DNA of 64,000 nucleotides from an uncultured Gammaproteobacteria bacterium (GTDB lineage Bacteria; Pseudomonadota; Gammaproteobacteria; JABCZS01): NCBI GenBank assembly GCA_964383495.1, contig CAYLHG010000007.1, positions 2,861 to 66,860 of the forward strand, read 5' to 3'. Shown piece by piece: positions 56,950 to 64,000 of this stretch (position 1 is its first letter; each line of letters starts with the position of its first letter). The notes under the pieces were generated by a model. It saw only the letters and a program-made list of their open reading frames with translations, ran no database searches and was not told where the DNA came from. The position numbers and the translations under genes were made by a program.

Positions 56950-58230
56950 CTAATAAGCTAAATCCCGCGCGCAACGAACATGAAGTGACATGCTTTTATT
57001 GGACGTAACTTGAATGGGGCTAACTAGAAAATTCTCAACCCAGGCTTCATTGGCAGGGCTGCTACTATACTCGGTAGAACTCCAATATTCATTGCCCGCT
57101 AGACAAGCTGACCCCGTGCATATGCCCGAAACCAAAGCTGACAAATTCGTCGCCATATTCTGTATACCCGTCGAACAACCCGCCCCTTCGCCTGATGCAC
57201 CCATTTGGCAAATGGCTGGCAAGTACCAATTACTATAGCAAGTACCTGTCAAGCAGGGAGAGTTGCCCGACGTATCAATTGAATAGTTTGTGCAAAGTTC
57301 GGCCGCATTAGTGCCGATACCAGGAGTAGCGACAATAGTCTCTGTATTCATCAGGCCATTGCTCAGGCTTTGAGCGCCTGTTGTCACAGCATCTCCCCAA
57401 CTCATTCCAACTGCATTATCGATCAATGCCGCTGATGATCCCCCGATACTACCAGTAGTTGGCGTTGTATCATCTATCGCAAAAATATAACCTTGCTGGT
57501 AAATACAACCATAAGTTAACACCTCAGCACTCGTCGTCACTGTACTCGCATTACTGGCGCCGACAGAAATAATACCCGCCGTTGGCTGGCTCCCTTGCCC
57601 CGCATCACAATCTGACGTAGCGTTAGGACCCGGCGTGATAGTGATTGTACAACTCGCACTTGAAATTAATGAGGATCCACAGGTGCTATTTGCGACCGTC
57701 CCGGAAGGCCAGGTTGGGTAATCAATGAATAAATTTTCTGCAATATAAGCTCCCCCGTTGGTAATGGTGATAATTCGTGCATTACCATTCGTTTGTAAAG
57801 CCAAATCAGTTAAATTTATTAGCAATGAAGTCGCCGGGGTGGTAATTAAACTAATATTTAAAGAATCTTCTGCACTTGGCTGATAACATTGTAACGCGCT
57901 GCCTCGTTGGCAAAGTACCGGCCCACCCACTACATCAGCCGGTAATACTGAACCATCTACCGCTAAAGACAGTGTGCAAGATTGTTGATAACCTAATGTA
58001 AATGGATTTTTACAGAGACTAGATGACGTATCTTGAGTAATACCAGGAATATCCACCATAGAAAGCGTGTGCGATTTCATTGATTGATTGGTTATTTGAT
58101 ATTGAATAGTTGCCGTATCTGCTGGAGACACCGAAATGGTTGTTGCTGTTAGCGGCGTGAATGTCCATAACGGTGTGCTGGCATGTGCTATTGTGGTTAA
58201 CAATAATAAACTGATGGCGATTCGTTTCAT
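56950..58230 (-). CDS. Secreted Cys-rich protein with a C-terminal DUF1566 (Lcl C-terminal-like) domain
   Basis: The signal peptide is MKRIAISLLLLTTIAHA. The N-terminal module is shared with the 59825-61417 product. The C-terminal WYLPAICQ...EYWSSTEYSS...AWVENF...HVRCARD matches the DUF1566 pattern. Confidence 0.7.
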   Translation of the reverse strand: MKRIAISLLLLTTIAHASTPLWTFTPLTATTISVSPADTATIQYQITNQSMKSHTLSMVDIPGITQDTSSSLCKNPFTLGYQQSCTLSLAVDGSVLPADVVGGPVLCQRGSALQCYQPSAEDSLNISLITTPATSLLINLTDLALQTNGNARIITITNGGAYIAENLFIDYPTWPSGTVANSTCGSSLISSASCTITITPGPNATSDCDAGQGSQPTAGIISVGASNASTVTTSAEVLTYGCIYQQGYIFAIDDTTPTTGSIGGSSAALIDNAVGMSWGDAVTTGAQSLSNGLMNTETIVATPGIGTNAAELCTNYSIDTSGNSPCLTGTCYSNWYLPAICQMGASGEGAGCSTGIQNMATNLSALVSGICTGSACLAGNEYWSSTEYSSSPANEAWVENFLVSPIQVTSNKSMSLHVRCARDLAY

Positions 58231-58239
58231 AATAACTCT

Positions 58240-58983
58240 CTATGGAAGATATGTTAAATTAAACATGATTCCGTTTGTATAAAGATGATCTAAACTTAAG
58301 CCTGAAGCCGACGTTTGACCCAACGCTTTCCCCAATTGGCTTTGACCCCAATCAGCAAATTCGTAAGCTACACCTACTTGCACATGTTGATTCAATATTT
58401 TTTGCAAGCCCGCACTTAATGTATAAGTAAAACTTGTTTCCGTGTTAGAAGAAAAATCTGGCATAGCAAGCGCTTCAAAAATCACCGGCGTGTTGTTGAA
58501 ATCATAAGCATGATTAAACCCTACGCCTATACTTGCACTCACCCAGGGGATTACCCAATACCCTCGATCAATCAACAATTTTCCTTTCATCGCAAGATGA
58601 GCATGCTGAATTTGGTAATTGTAAGTATAATTATTAAAGGTTGGATCTGCATCATCCCAAATATTCCCTGAAAGCTCGGCACTGCTCGTCGCAGCAACAG
58701 CAAAACCTAATTGGCCTACCAGGGATTGAGACAGTTCTCTTTGAAGACCTAAAAACAATTCTCCGTCAAACAATGCTTGAGTGTTATTATCTGCCGTATA
58801 AGTTTTTTCCAGATCAGGAGCTAAGTAAAGTGTTTGTTTATCGCCAGCATCTTCCCAAACAGGACCTAGACTTAACGCTACAACCCACGAAGATTGAGGT
58901 AAATCGAAAGCGGATGCCATTAAATAAGGAAGTAATGCTAATACTAACACCGTTAGGAAACACTTTTGAAATCGCATGATCAT
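58240..58983 (-). CDS. Small outer-membrane beta-barrel protein (OMP_b-brl / OmpA-TM-like), paralogue of 61427-62167
   Basis: It has a signal peptide, alternating-hydrophobicity strands, and aromatic girdle motifs shared with its paralogue (GVGFNHAYDF vs GASFNKAYDY; VGVAYEFADWGQSQLG vs CALGYQFSELGKVSLG). Confidence 0.7.
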   Translation of the reverse strand: MIMRFQKCFLTVLVLALLPYLMASAFDLPQSSWVVALSLGPVWEDAGDKQTLYLAPDLEKTYTADNNTQALFDGELFLGLQRELSQSLVGQLGFAVAATSSAELSGNIWDDADPTFNNYTYNYQIQHAHLAMKGKLLIDRGYWVIPWVSASIGVGFNHAYDFNNTPVIFEALAMPDFSSNTETSFTYTLSAGLQKILNQHVQVGVAYEFADWGQSQLGKALGQTSASGLSLDHLYTNGIMFNLTYLP

Positions 58984-59034
58984 GTCCTTTTGATTCAGCC
59001 ATTGTTAATTTAACAATGCATATTAATTGAGCGG

Positions 59035-59805
59035 TCATGGAGCTGGTTTCAGCGCTCCCGTTTCCAATTTTTTAAGTGCCTCGCCCATTTCCTTTACTAC
59101 TTCGGAGTTTGACAAAAGATAGGTGGACAGTGCGTTAGGTGGATCTTTTGAAAGCGTGCGTCTCAATAGCTTAACTTGTTCAGAGGCTTCACTCCTTTTT
59201 AGCTTTTGTTGCATGTACTTCCATACACTTTTGGGATCTGGCTGATCTGAATTCAATGATGTTACGTGATGAGCCTTCAATAATTCCTGATAAAATTCTT
59301 TTATTATTGCTACATCGCACAATATCTTGGAAACAGCAAGATAATTTTCATACTCTCCGTTTTGAGCATTACTTTGGGCAGCTCTTTTTAAACGATTCGC
59401 CGCAACATGTCTCGGTGTATGATCATCGTCATCAATAACGTCTATTTCTGCTCCAAAATCGATAAGAATGCGCGTAATGTCTGGCAACCCTAAATTAGCT
59501 GCGAAGGTAAGAGCGCCATGACGGTTCGCGTCTAATAAATTAGGGTCAGCGCCCTTATCTAACAAAAGGGTGACAATTTCTATCAATTTTTCACTTTTTT
59601 TAATAATGGCACACATCAATGCAGTACGACCGCCACTATCTCGTACATTAGGATCCGCTTCCTTTTCACTTAATAACCGGCTAAGAGCCTCAATGTCCCC
59701 TTTTTCAGCAGCAGAAATAAGAGAAGGCCGAGGTGTGTTCCCTAAACCTTGCTGATTATTGCCTCTAAACCACCACATGTGCCACCCCATATTAATCTTT
59801 TTCAT
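59035..59805 (-). CDS. Ankyrin-repeat protein (about 3 repeats)
   Basis: The repeats are AAEKGDIEALSRLLSEKEADPNVRDSGGRTALMCA, ...IVTLLLDKGADPNLLDANRHGALTFAA and LGLPDITRILIDFGAEIDVIDDDDHTPRHVAA. I prefer the start at 59805 (MKKINMGW), which avoids a 50-nt overlap with the upstream gene. Confidence 0.8.
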   Translation of the reverse strand: MKKINMGWHMWWFRGNNQQGLGNTPRPSLISAAEKGDIEALSRLLSEKEADPNVRDSGGRTALMCAIIKKSEKLIEIVTLLLDKGADPNLLDANRHGALTFAANLGLPDITRILIDFGAEIDVIDDDDHTPRHVAANRLKRAAQSNAQNGEYENYLAVSKILCDVAIIKEFYQELLKAHHVTSLNSDQPDPKSVWKYMQQKLKRSEASEQVKLLRRTLSKDPPNALSTYLLSNSEVVKEMGEALKKLETGALKPAP

Positions 59806-59824
59806 ATCATAATAGAGAACCCAT

Positions 59825-61417
59825 TCACCCACCGGCGACTGCTGAAATGAGCGAGAGACCAGCAGGGAGCCCATCTATACTGGGAACGCTCCACGTGGCT
59901 CCGCCGTCCAAAGTTTGCGCAATAACAACGGTTGGATCCGATCCAGCAATTATAGACGCTCCCCCAGCTACGCATGAAAAACTATTACAACTCACGAGTC
60001 CGAGCGATGATCCTGGAAGTGAAAGAGGTACTGACGCCCAGGTTGATCCTGCATTTGTAGTTTGGGTTAAAAGTGTTGAATCAACGCCACCTATGACACA
60101 GGTGTCTTGATAGCAGCTTACCTGCCCTACTCGTCCTGGGTCTGAAAAAATGGATTTAATAAACCAGCTTACGCCAGCAGTAGTGGTTTGAGCTACAATT
60201 GGGTTATCTGAGCTGTCATTGCCTGTTACAACACAAATAGTTGCTGTGCAACTCACCGATGAAAAACTGCCTGAAGGAGGCAGTCCCGTCACTTTTTGTG
60301 TTGCCCAAGAAGCCCCCCCATCGAGGCTTTGCGCTAGCATTGGAATGCTTTGAGTATAATCACTACCCGCCGCAACACATATGTTACTGGCGCAACTGGC
60401 TGAAAGAAATAGTCCTAAATCGACGCCAGTCACGGTTACGACGGCCCAGCTTAATCCACCATTTAAGCTCTGTGCTAATACAGGTTTACTAGTACCTTGA
60501 TCTATCCCTCCTACGATACATATATCCTCATAACAGCTCGCCATAGGCAACGAAACATTACTTGGCAAACCAGCAATAGCAGGTTGCGTCCAAGTCTGGC
60601 CTCCATCAGTAGTTTGCGCCATAATGGGAGTGCCCCCGTTATCCTGGCCTACCGCTATGCAAATTTCGCGAGCACAGCTTGTTGCAGAAAATGAGCCCTT
60701 GTTAGGTAACCCAGGTATGGACGACTGTGTCCAGCTTTCTCCTCCATCAGTAGACTGCAGGAGCAAAGGAGCCAATTCCGAGCTCACCACGCCTGTGCCC
60801 GCCACAATGCATAACTGATCGCCACAGCTCCCTCCCGCAAATGATCCAAGATCACCATCAAATACCCCAAGATCAGACAACTGAAAAACTGACGCCCATT
60901 GCCCGCCTTGGATACTCTGCAATATAAAAGAGTTACCAAAATTAGGACTAGCATTTGCAAACACAAGATTAAAGGGAACGGAAACCGTCACATTCAGGCG
61001 ATCATTTGCTGCTGGGATGGAACAATAAGCAGCGCTATATTTCGTATTGCATACTTTAGGGCCGCCGATCGCTGCCTGGTTCACTAAATTCTTGGCTGTA
61101 ATGTCTAACACTAAGGTGCAGCTTCCTCCTGGTGTTAAAGTAAAAGGATCCGAACAAGTCGTGGGGGTGCTCTGAGCACTTGTGTTCTGCGTTACACCGG
61201 TAGGTGTCGCGTTCTTTCCTTGATAATTTAAGCCACTTGCTTCAATCGTATAAGGTACATTATTGGTCACCGTATACTTGGCTTGCACAGTGCTGTTTCC
61301 TGATACCTGCGTAGGCAAAGTGCCTTGAGGTGTTAATGAAAAAATAGATGTAGCAGCCGTAGCAACAACGCTATACAAGCTTAAGAGTGTGACTATAAAA
61401 AATAACTTGCGGAACAT
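59825..61417 (-). CDS. Secreted protein: shared N-terminal Cys-containing module plus a BNR/Ycf48-like beta-propeller made of ~38-aa repeats
   Basis: The signal peptide is MFRKLFFIVTLLSLYSVVATAA. Seven repeats follow the pattern (S/T)xDGGxSW...GLP...SC....C(I/V).(G), for example TDGGESWTQSSIPGLPNKGSFSATSCAREICIAVG. There is also a final partial repeat. Confidence 0.7.
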   Translation of the reverse strand: MFRKLFFIVTLLSLYSVVATAATSIFSLTPQGTLPTQVSGNSTVQAKYTVTNNVPYTIEASGLNYQGKNATPTGVTQNTSAQSTPTTCSDPFTLTPGGSCTLVLDITAKNLVNQAAIGGPKVCNTKYSAAYCSIPAANDRLNVTVSVPFNLVFANASPNFGNSFILQSIQGGQWASVFQLSDLGVFDGDLGSFAGGSCGDQLCIVAGTGVVSSELAPLLLQSTDGGESWTQSSIPGLPNKGSFSATSCAREICIAVGQDNGGTPIMAQTTDGGQTWTQPAIAGLPSNVSLPMASCYEDICIVGGIDQGTSKPVLAQSLNGGLSWAVVTVTGVDLGLFLSASCASNICVAAGSDYTQSIPMLAQSLDGGASWATQKVTGLPPSGSFSSVSCTATICVVTGNDSSDNPIVAQTTTAGVSWFIKSIFSDPGRVGQVSCYQDTCVIGGVDSTLLTQTTNAGSTWASVPLSLPGSSLGLVSCNSFSCVAGGASIIAGSDPTVVIAQTLDGGATWSVPSIDGLPAGLSLISAVAGG

Positions 61418-61426
61418 GAGATTCTC

Positions 61427-62167
61427 CTAAAAAAAGTAGCCAAGCTGGAATATAATTTCTTGCGCCGGAGTGTTATCTTTTGAGATAGTCTCATTTGTCG
61501 AGCCTGTCGTATAATCCCCCAGAGACACTTTCCCTAATTCGCTAAATTGGTACCCCAACGCACAGCGCACATTTTTAACAAGATCCATTTCAACACCTGT
61601 TCCTATAGAATAACTGAAAGAAGCTGTTGTATTCGTAGCGAACTCTCCGCTTGTTGTGACGGTTGAATCGAGTGAATTAGTATGATAATCGTAGGCTTTA
61701 TTAAACGAGGCCCCAATGCCTCCCAATAAATATCCAAAAATATGTTGAGTAAATCCGTATAAGAATTTATTTTCGAACATCATGCGCTGGTTTCTAATTG
61801 AATAACTGTATTCACTATTTCCAAAATCAGGCAACGAAAATGTATAGTCAATTCCTTCCGTTTGAAAAGAATGCGTTTGCACGTAATAAGCTAACCCTGT
61901 TTGCCAGCGCATGTTATCTCGGTAAAATGGAAATTCAGCACCTGCAAATGCACCAAATAAAGGCCGAGAAGATGTTTTTTCGTGTGTATCAAAATAATCA
62001 GGGGCCGGATTGGTATTGAGTAATTCAACGTATTGACTTTCACCCACTTCAGCCCAACTCCATCCAAAGCGACCCGCAATGATGAAGCGATCAATTTGAT
62101 GTGTTGCCAAAGCGTCAAGCGAAAGAAAAAAAGAAAAAAAGAAAAAAAGAAAACGAGAGAATACCAT
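61427..62167 (-). CDS. Small outer-membrane beta-barrel protein, paralogue of 58240-58983
   Basis: It has a Phe-rich signal peptide (MVFSRFLFFFFSFFLSLDALA) and a C-terminal ...IIFQLGYFF, where a terminal aromatic is the OMP signature. It is followed after 9 nt by a secreted-protein gene, as in the other cassette. Confidence 0.7.
   Translation of the reverse strand: MVFSRFLFFFFSFFLSLDALATHQIDRFIIAGRFGWSWAEVGESQYVELLNTNPAPDYFDTHEKTSSRPLFGAFAGAEFPFYRDNMRWQTGLAYYVQTHSFQTEGIDYTFSLPDFGNSEYSYSIRNQRMMFENKFLYGFTQHIFGYLLGGIGASFNKAYDYHTNSLDSTVTTSGEFATNTTASFSYSIGTGVEMDLVKNVRCALGYQFSELGKVSLGDYTTGSTNETISKDNTPAQEIIFQLGYFF
62125..62153. repeat. Tandem 8-nt repeat (GAAAAAAA x3 plus a partial unit) inside the signal-peptide codons of the OMP gene
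   Basis: The plus strand reads G-A7-G-A7-G-A7-G-A4, read directly from 62125 to 62153. On the coding strand this is (T7C)x3, encoding FLFFFFSFF. Confidence 0.9.
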
Positions 62168-62226
62168 TGAAAAGCTTCCTTGCCAGTGAGTGGGCGTCTA
62201 TTTCTAATAGTAATATACCAAATATA

Positions 62227-62475
62227 TTCTATCTGTCAATTGTATACCAAAAAATCGATAATCCCCTCATTGGCATTTTACTATGCAAATCAAAAAATAA
62301 AATTATTACCGAATATGCATTGCAAGGCATGGAAGCCCCAATAGGAATTTCAGAATATACATTGTCTAAAGCATTACCAGCAGAGCTAAAAGCCAGCTTG
62401 CCAACCGTGGAAGAACTTGAGACCGAGTTGAATCAAACTATTGAGGTAAAATTCGGGCCGTCCCCTGAAGAATAA
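62227..62475 (+). pseudogene. Remnant of the 3' end of a DUF1016/YhcG-family PDDEXK nuclease gene
   Basis: FYLSIVYQKIDNPLIGILLCKSKNKIITEYALQGMEAPIGISEYTLSKALPAELKASLPTVEELETEL matches the conserved C-terminal ~70 aa of YhcG-like proteins (normally ~350 aa). Upstream of it the frame is only antisense translation of the OMP gene. Confidence 0.6.
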
Positions 62476-62523
62476 GCTGCTTAATTGCGCGGCAGCTTGC
62501 TGCACGAATCCTGGCTGCCCCAC

Positions 62524-63015
62524 ATGTGTACCAAAATAGCTGCTGTGGCTGTAGTTCCGGAGACTGTCGATGAAATAGGGGGCGTAAGCGTACTCTATGA
62601 AGACACAAAATATGAAGAAGAGGTTTTGAATGGGGTGGGTATCCTCTATTTTTTTTCATTCCTGCTAGGCCCGTCATTTCTTATAACGATACTGACTACT
62701 GCTTATTGCTACAGAAACCCAATAATCTCCATCGACAGGGCAACACCTCTCACTGCTGCTCAAGAAAATGAAAGAAAATACAATTGGGCGAAAAAGGAAC
62801 TAACAACACAAGCTCAGCCGTGGTGTCTGTTCTGCTGGGAAGATGGTAGCGAACCGGCTACCCAGTCCCTGAAAGCCTCTCATGCTGACACTCATAGAAA
62901 CGACGCAGGGGGAAACAACAGCACTGACTCTACGCGGCAGGGGCTATCAGAGCTATATCAGCCATACGGTCTCAGCTCTTATTCCTCCGCTCTCTCTCCT
63001 TACTCGACTGCCTAA
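62524..63015 (+). CDS. Doubtful hypothetical ORF with one hydrophobic segment
   Basis: The open frame is 176 aa from the TTG at 62485 or 163 aa from the ATG at 62524. It has no RBS and no motif, and it lies in a decayed tRNA-proximal region. Confidence 0.2.
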   Translation: MCTKIAAVAVVPETVDEIGGVSVLYEDTKYEEEVLNGVGILYFFSFLLGPSFLITILTTAYCYRNPIISIDRATPLTAAQENERKYNWAKKELTTQAQPWCLFCWEDGSEPATQSLKASHADTHRNDAGGNNSTDSTRQGLSELYQPYGLSSYSSALSPYSTA

Positions 63016-63036
63016 ACATCTTCTTGTTTTTCTTAC

Positions 63037-63110
<74 letters not shown>

Positions 63111-63296
63111 ACAGCAGGCGTATTGTACCATTTTCACGCAAAAATGGGAGACCCATAAATCTAACCTTTTGTTCCATTGCGCCTCAGCTGTAAAAAATTT
63201 GCTCATCCACTCTCTAACATGAAAGCTATCGTTGATGGCAATAAACCCCCTCAACGGCTATAGTCTGTAAAGACTTTATTATTTGCCGGAGCTCCC

Positions 63297-64000
63297 ATGC
63301 TGAAACACACACTTGCACTTGTTGCCACGCTTTCCTGCACACTCACCCCCATGTTGGCTGACGCATGCAGTGTAGCATTTTGGAACGATAACCCCCAAGC
63401 AAAAGTGGTAGCACGCTCAGTCGATCTTTACATGTCTGATATGCCACAAATGTTTGTGCAACCTGCAGGCATTGCGCGCGATGGTGGTGCTGGAAAAAAT
63501 TCTATCAAATGGACCTCACAATATGGCAGCGTAATCATGACAGCATTTCACACGAATGCAGTCACTGATGGCATGAATGAACACGGCCTTGCAGCACACC
63601 TTTTATATTTAGAAAATACAGAATATGAAAAAGAAGATGGAAAAAAACCCACATTATCTAACCTCATGTGGTCACAATACATTCTTGATAATTTTAAAAC
63701 GGTGAATGAAGCAGTGAAATCTATCGAACAATATCAAATATTATCTGCTAAAGCAGGCGGAAGAGAATGGCCTATTCATCTCGCCATTGAAGACGCATCG
63801 GGCGATTCCGCAATCGTTGAATTTATCAACGGAAAAGCAAAAATACATCATGGCAAACAATATAGCGTTATGACAAATGAACCTGCTTACGATATTCAAT
63901 TAGAAAATTTGAAAAAATATAAATTGTTCGGCGGAACATTATCTATGCCGGGTGATGTTGACCCTCTCAGCCGTTTTGTTCGCATTGCATCTTATCTCAA
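63297..64000 (+). CDS. Choloylglycine hydrolase / linear amide C-N hydrolase (Ntn-hydrolase) family protein, secreted; 3' end beyond the window
   Basis: MLKHTLALVATLSCTLTPMLADA|CSVAFW shows a signal peptide ending directly before the nucleophile Cys. The frame stays open to the window end, so it is absent from the ORF track. Confidence 0.8.
   Translation, partial: MLKHTLALVATLSCTLTPMLADACSVAFWNDNPQAKVVARSVDLYMSDMPQMFVQPAGIARDGGAGKNSIKWTSQYGSVIMTAFHTNAVTDGMNEHGLAAHLLYLENTEYEKEDGKKPTLSNLMWSQYILDNFKTVNEAVKSIEQYQILSAKAGGREWPIHLAIEDASGDSAIVEFINGKAKIHHGKQYSVMTNEPAYDIQLENLKKYKLFGGTLSMPGDVDPLSRFVRIASYL

Noticed and set aside
62101-62226. The N-terminal, Lys-rich part (MLPKRQAKEKKKKRKKENER...) of the 124-aa plus-strand ORF.
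   Set aside because: This is antisense translation of the poly-T signal-peptide region of the OMP gene. Only the portion from about 62227 onward shows DUF1016-type similarity, and that portion is called a pseudogene remnant.

Overview
This is an AT-rich chromosomal segment. Gene content and synteny suggest a host-associated gammaproteobacterium of the Legionellales type; that assignment is inference, since no rRNA is present in the window. About 70 coding regions are packed densely, often with ATGA or 4-nt stop/start overlaps.

The core housekeeping blocks are:
- lptD-surA, divergent from amgK-murU-djlA-rpe
- hemC-hemD-hemX-hemY
- tsaC and icd
- a cytochrome-oxidase biogenesis cluster (SURF1, ctaA, ctaB/cyoE, SCO1)
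- rpiA
- gloB

The envelope and glycan loci are:
- a seven-gene operon with DprE1/DprE2-type enzymes (a polyprenyl-phospho-pentose epimerisation route), a GT-C-like membrane protein and GtrA
- a PAP2 phosphatase followed by rmlBACD and two large glycosyltransferases
- a reduced arn (aminoarabinose-type) locus ending in an alkaline phosphatase

Accessory content is as follows:
- a PP2C-like phosphatase whose DGH metal-binding motif sits at the C-terminus (apparent circular permutation)
- a 601-aa proline-rich orphan with a deaminase-like HSE...CxxC signature
- a hipBA toxin-antitoxin pair with a perfect 11-bp inverted repeat in its promoter
- a GLUG-repeat secreted protein
- a solitary DUF4143 AAA+ ATPase, plus a decayed paralogue fragment elsewhere
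- PIN-toxin and DUF1016-nuclease gene remnants
- next to a tRNA(CAU), a duplicated two-gene cassette (small outer-membrane beta-barrel plus a Cys-rich secreted protein) bracketing an ankyrin-repeat gene

One of the barrel genes carries an 8-nt x3 tandem repeat in its signal-peptide codons. I saw no CRISPR array, rRNA, transposase or integrase. All family calls come from motif recognition by eye, and no database search was run.
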